From NCBI GenBank assembly GCA_964270895.1, contig OZ185453.1: DNA of 64,000 bases; one strand, 5' to 3'. Positions 11,006 to 24,654 of the stretch are shown here, piece after piece; within the stretch, counting starts at the first letter, position 1; each line of letters starts with the position of its first letter. The stretch comes from Podarcis filfolensis. Its lineage: Eukaryota. The position numbers and the translations under genes were made by a program. Under the pieces are notes generated by a model. The model ran no database searches, was not told the DNA's origin, and was given only the letters and a program-made list of their open reading frames with translations.

Positions 11006-13744
11006 AACCTCAAACATTTTAAGAGAAGCCAAATAAAAGCTGCATGTTATTGAAAACAATCTGATACCACGTGGATCATCTGAGCAGCTCTGCATTGCAT
11101 ACTGAATATGCAAAACTGGCTGTGCTTTTGTTCTTTCTTTGGTTTGGTTCTAACCACCCCACTTCTCATTCTGAAACTCTTTTTAGGGAGTAACTGAGAG
11201 CAGGCTATGTCTAGTGAAAGAAGCATCCTTTTGATTAAAGTACCAGACAGGATACCTGCGAAGAAGCAGGCCACCAGTAGAGTAAGTTTGGGGGCGTGCG
11301 GCAGCAGGGCCCCAGATTACATCCTCGGCAAACAGTTAATGTTCAGGTCTCATTTGTTGCAGTGTGGGATGCCAGAGAACAGCAAAAGAACAAACAGAGC
11401 TTGCATGTCACACACTGTTGAGAGGTGTGAAAGTTGCAATGGAAAAGCAAAGCGCAGGGAGAAAGAAAAAAGTTACTTCAGCATCTTTTTAATCTATGCA
11501 TTCCATTTTTATTTTAGATTCAATTTGCCTTCACAGAGAGGGAGCAGGGAAGAGGAGAGGTGATATTTCTTGTTTGTTTTTAAGAGATGTGCTAAATGGC
11601 AAGGAAATATAGAACACACGGGAGAGTTAGGAGGGTTCTTAATTCATGGCCCTGGCGTGCAGTAAATCTATTCCTTGAACAGGTTTATTTCTTTTATCAA
11701 GTAGGGTTTCATCTAATGGATGGCATCCCTATAAAATGGTGACTGGGTAGTGAGTAATGGCGCGAGGGGCGTAACTCATCACAGTGATGAAAAATAAAGC
11801 AAACAGAGCAGAACTTTAGGAACAGCTTTGCACAAAATAATAATAATAAAAACACCTAACAGGGTTCAAAACTAGGCACTTCTCTTCAAAATAATGTTTG
11901 GCTTTCTCTTTTCCCTGATCACTGAAAACTTCACAGTACCGTTTTATAAGATCAGTTTATGATATACATATACATATATATATAACCCAGGGAGAATGCA
12001 GGAGGTCTTTGATGCCTTTCTAATAATTTATTGGAAAATCTCTTTAGCTTTTGCATATATTAAGGTCAAACATGAGTTTAAACAATGAAGATTAACACCG
12101 AAGAAATTAACAGAACACTTTTTAAGTGCTTTGGATTGCCATGATTAGTCTCTGTGGTGCAATCCACACCTCATGATGAAACTTTTCAAGAGAGGGGAGG
12201 AATCACTTTGCAGAACATTTTCATCCCTGCTTGTATGGAGCATAGCTGATAAGGGCAATAGTAGTGGAGGGAAGCTATTTGCACAGGGCAAAGGGTTTTG
12301 CAAAATGTGGGCTCCCAATTTAGCTCAACTGTCAACCAATTTCTTTGTGCTACAGTCTTCCATTGCAGTTCTCAAGGAATCCAAAGACTTGGATTGCAGC
12401 TGTTTTTGGCTTAGGCTATGGGGACTAGGCAACAGAAATCTTCTTTGCTGGGTGGCAAGGGTCTGTCAAAAAAAAGCCTGTGAGAAAACAGCTTCCCAGA
12501 AGGCCTCACTTCATAGCATCATGCTCTCCTTTCTCTTCCCCAAGCTATTGGAACAGCACCTGCAATGACCTCCCTTTTATTTTCCTATATTCCTCATTGA
12601 CCTCAAAACATGTCTTTCTCTTCATAGTCATCTCAAAGGAACTACACCATGTGATCTTGCTAATTCAGAAAGTGAGAAGCAATGTAAGGTGCTGAGGTTA
12701 CATGAAAGTTGGTACTATAAATCGCATATATTTCATTTGTCTTTGATCACAGAAGTCCCCCACCCCATTTGAGAATAGCCCTACAGGATCAGGCTTAGCT
12801 TTGCTCCATGCATATCAAACATTTACTCAGCTGTTATCTAGGAGACACAAAAAGCTTCCAATATCAAAGTCTGGCCAACAGCAGGTTCATCAGTGTGGCA
12901 CTTTTAGGAAGTGATTAACAAAGCACGAAAGTAAGTGGACAAGTAGCCCCTTCAGCCCCTTTCAGGCAACCTGAAATGGAAGGAATGAGGGAAAGCATGG
13001 AAGAAAGACCCCCCCATGACATATTCCAGTCTGCCTCAACCTAGTGTTTTCAAGATGTCTTGGCCAACATGGCCAATGGTCAGGATGATGGGGTTGTAAT
13101 TGAAAACATCTGGACCTGTCTTTTGGTGCATGTGAGCTTCTCTCTCTTCTCCCCTGTCTTCCTTCCACCCTTCAATGTTTTTCAGTTTCTAGGAGTGAAG
13201 GGCAGCAATATAGGGGGTATAGACTAGGATAGAGGATGGGAGTGATCATTCCATGATATTAAGGCAGTGGACAAAGCTGTATTGTAGCTTTTGAATAAAT
13301 GTTTTGATTTTATTTATTTTTAAGTTGGAAATAAATTTCCTGAGGTGAGGAAACATACAACCTGCTTCATAAAGCCCTGTTTTATTACAGCAAAACTTTG
13401 CTTTTACTCCATAATCTGGTGTTGGTCGCTGGTTGGATATATAATTTGATTGTTGGATTCTATAAATCTGGATGAGCGTAAGCCTCACAGCAGGGACCAG
13501 CAGGATAGGAGTGTTTTACTAGGAGTATGGTTGGCTAATATGTATATATTATTCAGATTACCATAAAAACTGTAGGGAACTGAATGAGAAAAGGTTGTGG
13601 TAGCTGCAATGACTGGAGCCTGACTATGTTAACAATATGATGGAATGGGATCGGGGGAAATGGACACATCCAGGAGGTATCCACATTTACATGTTGGCAT
13701 TTTCCACTACCTGAGACCACACAGAATTTTTTGACCTTCACATA

Positions 13745-14108
13745 AAAAGGTAAAGGTAAAGGTACCCCTGCCCGTACGGGCCAGTCGTGTCCGACTCTAG
13801 GGTTGTGCGCCCATCTCACTTAAGAGGCCGGGGGCCAGCGCTGTCGGCAGACACTTCCGGGTCACGTGGCCAGCGTGACAAGCTGCATCTGGCGAGCCAG
13901 CGCAGCACACGGAAACACCGTTTACCTTCCCGCTAGTAAGCGGTCCCTATTTATCTACTTGCACCCGGGGGTGCTTTCGAACTGCTAGGTTGGCAGGCGC
14001 TGGGACTGAGCAACGGGAGCGCACCCCGCCGCGGGGATTCGAACCGCTGACCTGACGATCGGCAAGTCCTAGACGCTGAGGTTTTACCCACAGCGCCACC
14101 CGCGTCCC
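13745..14108 (-). mobile_element. Sauria SINE (CpG-rich, young-looking)
   Basis: Full head-to-tail copy; TSD of about 10 bp, ccttcacata, at 13735-13744 and 14108-14117. Confidence 0.92.
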
Positions 14109-14247
14109 CTTCACATATATTATGGCAAAGCTCTCGTGATGTAATGGTAAACCTTTCCCAAACCATTCATGAGCCTTACTTCCCAGATCTTTGGTCCCAT
14201 TTCCCCCATAGACCTGTTCTCTATTCGAACAGCATGGAACACATTTC

Positions 14248-14632
14248 AGGTAAAGGTAAAGGTAAAGGAGCCCTGGATGGTTAAGTCCAGTCAAAGGCGA
14301 CTATGGGGTTGCGGTGCTCATCTCGCTTCAGGCTGAGGGAGCTGGTGTTTATCCACAGACAGTTTTCCAGGTCATGTGGCCAGCATGACTAAACCGCTTC
14401 TGGCACAATGGAACACCGTGACGGAAACCAGAGCGCACGGAACTGCCATTTACCTTCCCACTGCAGCAGAACCTATTCATCTAGTTGCTCTGGCAAGCTT
14501 TTGAACTGCTAGGTTGGCAGGAGCTGGGACAGAGCCACGGGAGCTCACCCTGCCGCAGGGATTCGAACCGCTGACCTTCCAATCAGCAAGCCCAAGAGGC
14601 TCAGTGGTTTAGACCACAGCACCACCCACTTA
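14248..14632 (-). mobile_element. Sauria SINE
   Basis: (aaaggt)n tail; the 3' variant ggatggttaagtccagtcaaaggcgactatgggg is shared with the copies at 9079 and 42088. Confidence 0.9.
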
Positions 14633-16471
14633 CCCTGTCACATATAGCAAGTGATCACATGACAAGGCTGACTGAGAAGGGCACTTGGTCTGTATCAGTG
14701 TGGCCCCAACATGTGGGTGTAACCTCATTGGTCAACCCACCACATAATTACTTCTTATGCAAGGTGCTGGAGTGGCATAAGCAAATAGGCAAGCCAAAAC
14801 ATGGATCTAACTGGGGATAGAACTGGCCTGTGTGGCACGATGGTGAGGGCCTTAGTGAAGTTTTGTCTGTAGACTGCAGCTTTAAAACAAATCTCACAAA
14901 TTAGGACCTGCATTTCAAAAGTGCTGAGAGTTGCACTTTTATAGTCTTATAATGTCTTATAATACTGATCATAAAATTAAATATATACACCTCCGTAAAA
15001 CCTTTTATAAACAGTGGCAGACAGCCATATAGCACATCTTGACTACAAGTTCCCAGAATATAGCAGGAGGCATGGAAGTTGGGAGTGTGGGTGGAAAAAG
15101 TACCCTTTGCTTTATTGTAATGTAGCTACAAGATCACTGGGTTATTTGTCCTTTCTTGCCTTTAGTACTCAGGCAAATGTAAATCAAGAGACTTTTTTGA
15201 GTTATGGCTCCTGATGATTCACAAGGTAATCTTGCAAACACAGCAGGGAAATATACGGTTTGCAAATTGCTTAAATGACATCTAGGCTATTACTTTAAAT
15301 TATTGTTGCGGTACATCTCATTTTACAGTATTTCAGCTTGATTATGGTTTAAAACTTTACCTTTCTCAAAATAAATATCCTGCTCCTATTTGCATAATTT
15401 TATTTTGTTAAGAATCTACGGCGCATGAAAGGACAGGATGTTTTAATCGCAGGATGACCTAATCTTCTCTTCATTACACTGCAGCTGTATGTGCATTAAA
15501 GTATTTCTAAATCCTATGGTAATGCAATTTTAATACAGAATTATAGGGCTGTATCCTTGAAAATCAACTTTTCTGGATTTATAACAATTCAAAATGCTTT
15601 TTGATTAAGCACATCACTTACTTCCACAGTCATATCTCTATAAATGATGTATTTCTCCAGTATATTATAAAAAAGCAGAAAATTTAACCAATGTACATTC
15701 TTCAGATGATGGCTACACAAACACTTTTTTGTAAGAAATGGGTGGCAAAAGTAGTCGCCCATCATGAACCAAATGGGCACGATGAAATGTCTTGAAATTT
15801 TCCTTTCTGGTTATGATTGTAACCCATGGTTCACTTGTGTGAGCTATAAATAAGAAAATCCCAAAGTTAAAGATGACAAAATGGATGTTGTCAAATCTAC
15901 CTAATGCTGAAGAACATTAGAAAGGTATACCTGAGGTTATAATAGAACTCTTCATCAACATATATAAAGATAACCCTTGGTCATTATCGCCCACAATCTG
16001 ATATCCATAGTGATCATATAATAATTCTGTTGTACGCACTAGGGATCCATAATCTAAAAGCCTGCAAACTGCAACTGATTGGTTTTGGTTTCCAGCTGGG
16101 AAATCTTCATCTCCTAATTGAATAGAAATTGATTTTCCAGCAATGAGATACCAAAGCTCATATAAAAGACTCAAGGAGACACTCAAACTGATCAAAAGGA
16201 AAGCAAGCACCGCATGCCTGCACTCACAAGCACACACACACAACCCTTTTAACGGCATTAAAATTGCAAGTAATCCTTTTCCATTTGGTGATTTCAGATT
16301 AATTTAGTATTGATTGGATGTTTCAGTCAATCCAGGTGTAAAAGATGATCTCAAATAGCAATACACAGTGCATGTTGATTCCTGCAACTCGGAAGAAGGG
16401 GAGTCAAAACTGGCATGTGTTTTGGGCCTTTCTACATTTCCCCCAAGGTGACCATAATGTTAACATGGTCT

Positions 16472-16561
16472 CGTAGCTATCAACGTTTCCCCTTTTTAAA
16501 GGGAAATTCCCTTATTCCAAATAGGATTCCTCGCAAGAAAAGGGAAAAGGTGACAGATATG
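16472..16561. mobile_element. 90-bp MITE with CATAGCTGTCAAC-type TIRs and 8-bp TSD
   Basis: TSD catggtct at 16464-16471 and 16562-16569. It is an opposite-orientation copy of 61372-61461. Confidence 0.8.
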
Positions 16562-18069
16562 CATGGTCTTCGCTATTGGATTAGAATAATAGTCTAATGG
16601 GTTGTCCCCAAAATTCTATAGCTTACATGTTCCAATCAATTGGAAGCTGATTTGTGAGGGAACACATCAAACAGCAATATTTATCAAGAAACTACAGGAT
16701 AGTGTCTTATGGTCTGTGGCTAGCTTCAAATACCAGGAGTGGGAGCACACTGGAGCCAGAATAAATGTTAATGCGTACACAGCTTAAATGTGGGAATAGA
16801 TTTGTAAAAACATCTTTGTTGGTGTAAACTCATCTGATTTAAAAGCGCAGGGGCGGGATATGAAAAATATAGTGAGTTGGATACAGAGATGCATGGATGG
16901 AACTTTTCTGACTCCCTGCACCCCTTTACAGCCATCTCCAGCCCCCGAAAAGCCATTCTTGAGTGATAAGAGGCCATCTGGGGAGGCAAGTGATGGAGCA
17001 AACAGGAAGGAATGGCAGAGGTTTCTTTGTCCAAGACACTTCTGGTCTGAAGCCAGTTTAGTGGTACTAAGCTATACAATTTATAGCCTACCACAAGGTC
17101 TGCGCTGGTGATGTGCAACCATCTATGTGGATTTCTATCATTTTTTTGGACATGTTCAATCGTTCAAGGATTTCGGAAAACTATTACCTCTAATGAAACA
17201 GAAGGTTATTTATTACCTAAAGATGCCAGGGTAATTTTGTTGTGTTGCTTTAAGGGAATTGCACTTAAAAACAGGCCTAGGAATTATAATTTATCTTCTG
17301 ACAGCGACAAACTTATCTATCTCAAACAACTAAGGAAACTTCAAAGTTCTTTTCAGTTTGGAATGGTACATTAGAAAATGGACAATGAATAATTGTCTTA
17401 ATTATCGAGGAAGGATAATGAGCTATAGGTAAAGATTGTATTTAAAAATAAAAATAATTCAAAATTTAGAATAAGCAATTTCAAGATGTTGTATAATCCC
17501 TGGCCTTTTGACTATGCTGGAACTGATATCTGGATTTGTTATCCTTTAGAGTCCCCCTGCCCCCAATGTGATCATATATATTGCTGCATTAAGAGTAAGC
17601 TTGGTAACGCTAGGAAGGGTTGCAACATTGCTGGTTTCTTAAAGGCCATAGATCATCTCATTCCCTTGATTGCTAAATAGGCCAGCATTCACATCTCATT
17701 CTGACCACACAAAATGTAATCTGAAAGTCTCAGAAGCTTATAGGAAGCTGCAATGGCCACTTTGCAGTCCAGCGTTGGATCCATGTCTTAAGGAAAACAG
17801 GAGATGCTCTATAACCTCACCCTTCGCTTCACTTCTGCAACCTGGTTGACCTCCATTATTTGTGTTTGTGATGTTTCCTGGACAATTGAAAAGCATGTAT
17901 ATTTTGTTTCTTCACATAGCAAAGGGGCCAGCACTCATTGGTAACTTCTGAAAAGGACATATATTGATGTTTGGGGAAGCACTTGACAGGTACTATACTT
18001 CCAGTTAGAAACAGAGGAGAAATGAGATTCAGTTCACATTTAAATGTGAGCTTACCTAATCCACACTTT

Positions 18070-18440
18070 CCAAAACGATATGTAAACTGAAACACTGACA
18101 TCCTTTGAAATTTGCACTTCTCTGAATTTTGCAGTTCAGTTCTCTATCCAAGCAATGTGTACAAACATGCATATTCTGGGCTCAAGTTTGCATAACAATC
18201 CATATATTGTTGAATAGACAAAAGCATTATATTAGGGGGAATTACGCAGATGAAATATGTATCCTAGGAGAAATTTGCACTAAAAGCCTGACGAATTTTC
18301 ACGGGAACGTAACAAAAACCACAAAGGAGTACAGAAATATGGAGGACTGAACTTTAAGACTGAAAAAGCGAAAAGGCAAAGCAGACAAATTTGCCTGTTT
18401 CTTTGCAAAATCTGTGTTTTCAGGTCTTCACAGTTCCACA
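18070..18440. repeat. Degenerate interspersed repeat (AT-rich, probable old DNA-transposon derivative)
   Basis: Motifs such as ctctatccaagcaatgtgtacaaacatgcatat...gcattatattagg resemble the AT-rich block at ~63470-63690. Boundaries are uncertain. Confidence 0.4.
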
Positions 18441-19090
18441 TGTAGGGAGCCAATAGCAAAGCAACGAAGAGCTACGGCATGGTGATTCAGGGAGAAAAGG
18501 AATGCCCATTTGTACCTTCATGCCTCAGAAGGAGGCAGTGGACAGTGGGTGCTGCAGCCGGTACCATGAAAGTGTGTGGTTACAGACTGCATAGTTGCAG
18601 TAGCATGCCGTATCAGTTGAATGCTTCCACAGCAAGGCCCTTCAGCAGCTTCAAGCTTACTTTTCTACAGAAGCACCATGACATTCCTGCCTCCAAGGTT
18701 GATGGCTCTCTTGCCATTTCTTCTCATATGATCTGTGACAAATCACTGCCCAGCTTCTGCAGAGGGGGCGGAATCCTACATTGTGAGATTCTCTCTCCCT
18801 CTGTGCCTCCTGTGTCACTTCTTCCTTTAAAGAAGGGTCATAGGTGTATTCGCCATTGAGGTTCTTTTGCAAAAGCAGTTCCTGTTTTTCAAAGAGAGGC
18901 ACAGCCAGCCAGCTAGAAACCTTTCCATGTACAGAAATCAAGCACCCAACAAAATATGGTGATAACCCATGGTTACAGTAAAATACAGCTGGTCCTCTTA
19001 GAAGATCTGAGGATTGTGCAGCTGTTGACTTGATGATCACAGCAGACTCTTGAGTTAATAGCCTCTTTAACTTGACTTACCAATGCTTTA

Positions 19091-19440
19091 GGGACGCGGG
19101 TGGTGCTGTGGTCTAAACCACAGAGCCTAGGGCTTGCCGATCAGAAGGTTGGCAGTTCGAATCCCCATGACGGGGTAAGCACCTGTTGTTCAGTCCCAGC
19201 TCCTGCCCACCTAGCAGTTCGAAAAGACGTCAAAGTGCAAGTAGATAAATAGGTACCGCTCTGGTGGGAAGGTAAACGGCGTTTCTGTGCACTGCTCTGG
19301 TTCGCCAGAAGCAGCTTAGTCATGCTGGCCACATGACCCAGAATTTGTACGCCAGCTCCCTCGGCAAATAAAGCGAGATGAGCGACGCAACCCCAGAGTC
19401 GGCCACGACTGGACCTAATGGTCAGGAGTACCTTTACCTT
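19091..19440 (+). mobile_element. Sauria SINE
   Basis: Starts gggacgcgggtggtgctgtggtctaaacc and ends cctttacctt. 15-bp TSD ttaccaatgctttag at 19077-19091 and 19439-19453. Confidence 0.92.
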
Positions 19441-21482
19441 ACCAATGCTTTAGCTAAGCTAGTTAAGACATTCTGCCATTGCTTAATCATGCCCATTAGG
19501 GAGACAGGAACAGGAGTGCCAGCTTGGCCCTGCGACTGTGGAGGGCCCAGCACCATGGGGCTATGCAGCCTGCATGGCCCTGGTACCAAAATTTGTGAGT
19601 GCCTGGGCCTTTCGTGGGGAATTTTGTGGGTGCTTGGGTACCAGGGACCCAGGGAGTTGGCACCTACGGTCAGGAAGGTGCCTTATACCTGTCACTTTCT
19701 GCATGCAAAGGATTTGCCTTACCTGTTATCAGCACTCTGATGAATCTGTAAGATGCATTTCCCTTGTCACATATTTTACTACCCTCAGATTACATTATTT
19801 CCTCTCTTTTTTTTTTCCTCCTGGATGCCAAACAACAGCTCTCATCGCTGACTGTTGCTGCTGTTGTTTTTGGTAGTTATCCACCCTCTGTCCTTAAAAT
19901 CTAAGCATTTGCCTGAGCTGCCATTTATGTCAATAATCTGTACCCTATGGCTGCCTCCTATTAGAATTTCATTATTCCCCATCTCTCTGTGCTTAAGTGT
20001 AATGAAGTGTGTAATTTCTCTGGAACCATTCACTGAGCCTCCAGGTGTAGATCTATTTCATATGGTCCACCTCTGTCACTGTGCTGTCGAACAGCACAGT
20101 TATTGTAGCCAAGCTATGCGGAGCGAGGAAACGAAACAGGATGGCAATGTTAGAAACCCCCTTGAGCATTTTTTGTCCCACACAATCTGTTCAGATCCAC
20201 GCTGACACTGTTTCCTAGGCAGCACCTGCTCACGTATCATCTTAATGTTCCATCTTCTCATAGCAATCCCCAGAAGTTATCATCTGAAATCATTTAACAT
20301 AAACGAATGGCTTGCACTGTCTCCTTAAGTTACATCTGCTGAGGTGTCAGCTAATTAGTTTCAAGCTTGGAGTTTACTGTTTCTAATAACCACCACAACC
20401 AGTTGACAAAAAGCAAAAGAATGGGTGTAACCTTAGGGAAGGGGGAGAGATGCAGCTTTCAAACTTCTGTTTACATAATAATGATGTTTTATTTTACCTG
20501 TGGAACAGATGTGTTTGTCTTAGATTTCTACATGAGCTGAAAGGAGAAAAAACATTAATGATCTTCAAAATCCACATTCAAATTGATTAATGATGCACTA
20601 AATGCATAATTCTTAATTCCGAGTGTCTCTCTTCCATACCAGGGTTATTGGAAACTCCCCAAACATAATTCGTGACTATATAATTATCAGCAAGAAAGCA
20701 CTACTTAAGATGCACAAGGATAGTAGATTCAGTTCTGTCAAATATTCACTTGTTGAGTGGAATATTTTTTGAATCAAATTCCCTGATGAGATCAATTAAT
20801 TATTGAGCACTTGGATTAAAGGATGTTGGGTGTTTTTGTTTTAAATTTAATGCTTTGGTGTCTCAGTATATTCTAGTCGTTATCTTTCTAACGAAAGCAT
20901 CAGTAAAAAGATAGTTTTGAAAAATGACAGGGAAAGGAAGGATTAAGCATCAGTTTACTATTCTCAATTTCAGTCTCCCACAGCTGCATTTCATTTTAAA
21001 CAAAACCAAAGACCAGAAAATTGGTAGGAAGAATTGAGTAACTGCTCATCATGTGTAGTTTGGCCCATATGCAAATGGTTCACACGATGCAGTATGCCAA
21101 ACTGTGTCTTGATGAGCAAAAATGTGGCTTTCCAGAAAGAGCTTGGAGCAGCTTTGCTCCTCTTGAGTTGTTGTTGCTGTTGTTGTTTGCTCCCACACAA
21201 CACTGCACTAAGAATGTTGTCCAAATCCAGACTAATGTTTAAGCTTCTTGACTACAGCTCTTTGTTAAAGAGAATAGAGATTAACCATGAACCTCTCTAG
21301 TGTTATAGCAGTAAAACAACACAGCAGCAGCAGCAACAACAACAACCCAGGTACAACAGTGTGAAAGGGATGTCAGAAACAGAAGCACTTCCATTATAAT
21401 CAGTAAAACTAGCACAATAAACCTCACCTGAAAATACATCTGAAAGTTGGTGATTGATGGGAAAAAACAAAAGTCCACAATG

Positions 21483-21631
21483 TGTATAGCTCAGTTGGTT
21501 AGAGCATGGTGCTGATAATGCCAAGGTTGCAGGTTTGATCCTTCTAAAGGACAGCTGCATATTCCTGCATTGCAGGGGGTTGGACTAGATGACCCTCAGA
21601 GTCCCTTCCAACTCCATGATTCTAAGTTCTA
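21483..21631 (+). mobile_element. tRNA(Ile)-like-headed SINE with CR1-type tail
   Basis: The head tagctcagttggttagagcatggtgctgataatgccaaggttgcaggtttgatcc resembles vertebrate tRNA-Ile. The tail is attcctgcattgcagggggttggactagatgaccctc...ccaactccatgattcta. A second copy lies at 61278-61497. Confidence 0.75.
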
Positions 21632-22858
21632 TGTAACAGTTTTGAGACAGAGTGCAGAAGGCGTTAAGCCAACGTAACAGCATTAGACTATGCTTATTGC
21701 AAAATATATTTCAATTAGGACCAAGGGCTACTGATATAGCAGCAACCATGACAATCAAACCCCCTGACAGGTAAAGAACAGAAGTAAAGAAAGAAAAAAT
21801 ATGATAGGAAAACTGGAGCATAATTTTAGGATACAAAGGATATGGGATATATAACGGCTATTACAGTGTATTACCTAGATGAAGTTCACCTTACCCAGCA
21901 ATTCACTCGAGTTTGTAGGGCATTATGTTTTTAATACCTTGTGAATGCTGCACGAGCTAAGCACATAAAAGAGTTTACAAAAGGGAAAGATCACTTCTGA
22001 GAAATGACAATAAATTCTTTGAATGGACTCAATTCTATGGAACTTAGGGATCTTGCTTCCTCATAGTACCTGACCAAAGTCAAAGCTGTTGCTAAGCAAC
22101 GCTAGTCCGCCTTTGCCCATGTTTGGTTTCCTGTACAAAGACCTCCTGCTGAAGATGTGTCCTTGCCAAATAGCACTAAATATAATGAACCAATGGCTCA
22201 GAGAATGAGACACTCACCCGCATGTGAACCCCATTTCACTTGGAGCAAGTGTGTGTGTGTGTGTGTGTGTAGGCTGATATCCAACAAGGCCTTGCCTTAT
22301 TTTCCTGTAGCAATCCTGTTAATTTCAAAGGGTGGTATGCAATAAAATACGAGGGAGGGGTTAAGGAAAGTGTGACATAGTAAGATTGAATATTTGGCCC
22401 TGGTCCCTATTTTCCAGGGACAGGCTTGGAATTATGAAAGGCACACACACCCTCCAGCTTCTGATTTGATCCTGGAATATCCCTATTTCTACCACTAATG
22501 CCACCGCTTCTGAGCTCGGGGAGGATGAGTGATGGCAGGTGCAGCTATGGTAGCTTCAAAGGAACATCCCGTTGTCACCACTGCTGGCCTCCTCCCTCAG
22601 GCAGCTCGTAACAGCTTCTGGAGAGTGGGTGAGGAAGAGGAGACTGTACTTACTGAGCCCCAGTCCCATGTAATGTGCTGGCTCTGAGGGGCAGACCCCT
22701 GTGTCGCAATATAGACAAGCTGAACAAAATAACACAACACGAGGGCCAAAAACAATGGCACCAAACACTATTTATAGACTAATACAAATGATCAGAAATT
22801 GCAGCCAAAGTCTCTCCCAAACTACCATGACCTTTTAGTGTTTGGTTTTAATGAAATG

Positions 22859-23372
22859 AAGAAGAAGAAGAAGAAGAAGAAGAAGAAGAAGAAGAAGAAG
22901 AAGAAGAAGAAGAAGAATTTATTATTTATACCCTGCCCATCTGGCTGGGTTTCCCCAGTCACTCTGGGCAGCTTCCAACAAAAGATTAAAAATACATTAA
23001 AATATCAGTCATTAAAAACTTCCCTAAACAGGGCTGCCCTCAGATGTCTTCTTAATGTCAGATAGTTGTTTATTTCTTTGACATCTGATGGGAGGGTGTT
23101 CCACATGGCAGGCGCTACTACAGAGATGGCCCTCTGCCTGGTTCCCTGTAACTTCACTTCCTGCAGTGAAGGAATCACCAGAAGGCCCTCGGTGCTGGAC
23201 CTCAGTATCCGGGTTGAACGATGGGGGTGGAGACGCACCTTCAGGTATACAGGACCAAGTCCATTTAGGACTTTAAAAGTCAGCACCAACACTTTGAATT
23301 GTGCTCGGAAACGTACCGGGAGCCAATGTAGGTCTTTCAGGACCGGTGTTATGTGGTCTTGGCAGCTGCTCC
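22859..23372 (-). mobile_element. L2 LINE 3' fragment with (CTT)n tail
   Basis: Minus ORF 23005-23391 encodes DHITPVLKDLHWLPVRFRAQFKVLVLTFK...APAMWNTLP (L2 ORF2 C-terminus). The (GAA)n run at 22859-22917 is the tail. Confidence 0.9.
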
Positions 23373-24654
23373 TCATATGGATGATGTGCACAAAATGCTT
23401 GAATCATACATTTGGATATGAAATAATTCCACATAAAGGATATCTCTGCTATTCACATGGATTGTTGCATCACCAAAATCGCCTGTTCCTATACTTCTCA
23501 TTCTCAGTCAAAAAAGTCACAAAAATACTTTGCCTTATCCACGCTTACAAGCAGCTAGAAAAATAGGTACATGTCAAGATCTCACACCTAAATGGAAAAT
23601 CCATGTGTCCACTGACGCATGGCAAAATATGCTAGCTGGGTAAAAATCCTACATTGTATTGTATAACAATACAATCTAGGGTGCTGCTGAGCAACTTTTA
23701 TGGAGAGGCAAAAACTGCTATCAACCAAGATTTTATTACTGTAAGATGTTGCATCTTTCCTGTTCAGATGCAACAGAACACAACTGAAAAATTTCCAGCA
23801 GTGCGTTGAGTCAGAATTGAACCTCTCTGTGTTTGATATGACCTACTTTCAAAAAACTGAGCATACAATTGTCACCTTAAAATCCGAAAGACCAGCATCT
23901 CCCATGTACATATACACCATCTCATTCTCCACTAAGGGGCAAAATGCAACATACACCTCTAACTTCAACCCTGCACCTACTGAAGTCCTAAAGAAATTCC
24001 CAATTGTCTTGCAAATGAAGCAGATGAACAGAAGCCTCTTTTGCGGAGAAACAAATCTTTTGAGAAATTGGAGGACTGACTTTGACAAAGCACTAGAAAT
24101 TTCTGCATGTCCTCAATACATTTCTGGAACACTCTCTCTACCTCTGGTGTATGCAAATATGAGAGCTTGGTTTCTTAACGTCCTGCGTCTCATCATGCAA
24201 AACTGCATTTTACTATTTTATTTATTAATTTAAAATATTTATATCCCCTCTCTAACCATGTTTTCAAAGGATACGATCTGCTTCTCTGCTTCATGTGTAA
24301 TAAAACAATATAAGGTGTGCCTAGGGCTATCGCATATCTAACCGGATACTGATGCATTTTTAGGTCTTCTAATATACCTGGAATAGTACCAGCCTTTCAT
24401 TTTAAGGATCTATTTCTGCAAGCCAGTCGTTTCCCCCTCTAAGCCCCCATATGCCTCCATCCATTACTGATATATTGTCTCATTTTCCACAATGGAAAAA
24501 TGAAAAATGACACACGCTGTGTTTTTGCTACACTTTCCTAATAGGTTAGAACTGACATTATCAACCAACCCAGTCTGGCAAGTCATGGAACTTCTAATTA
24601 GCATGGTGAAACCAAACTGGTCATGCTCCCCTAAATCTTCCTCTGAGAGCAGAA

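Noticed and set aside
12628-12684. Small plus-strand exon-like segments (12628-12684, 27203-27229, ~26526-26598, ~41967-42010)
   Set aside because: They have splice-like boundaries only, the peptides are unrecognised, and such matches are expected by chance.
16070-16110. SRCR-like look of DEDF...VAVCRLLDYG in the 15931-16187 frame
   Set aside because: The conserved SRCR cysteine pattern and GRVEV/WGTVC motifs are absent.
21483-21560. Apparent tRNA-Ile gene (also at 61278) and tRNA-Lys-like sequences at 39590-39660 and 40740-40800
   Set aside because: The stems are broken and each head runs into a CR1-type tail. These are SINE heads, not functional tRNAs.
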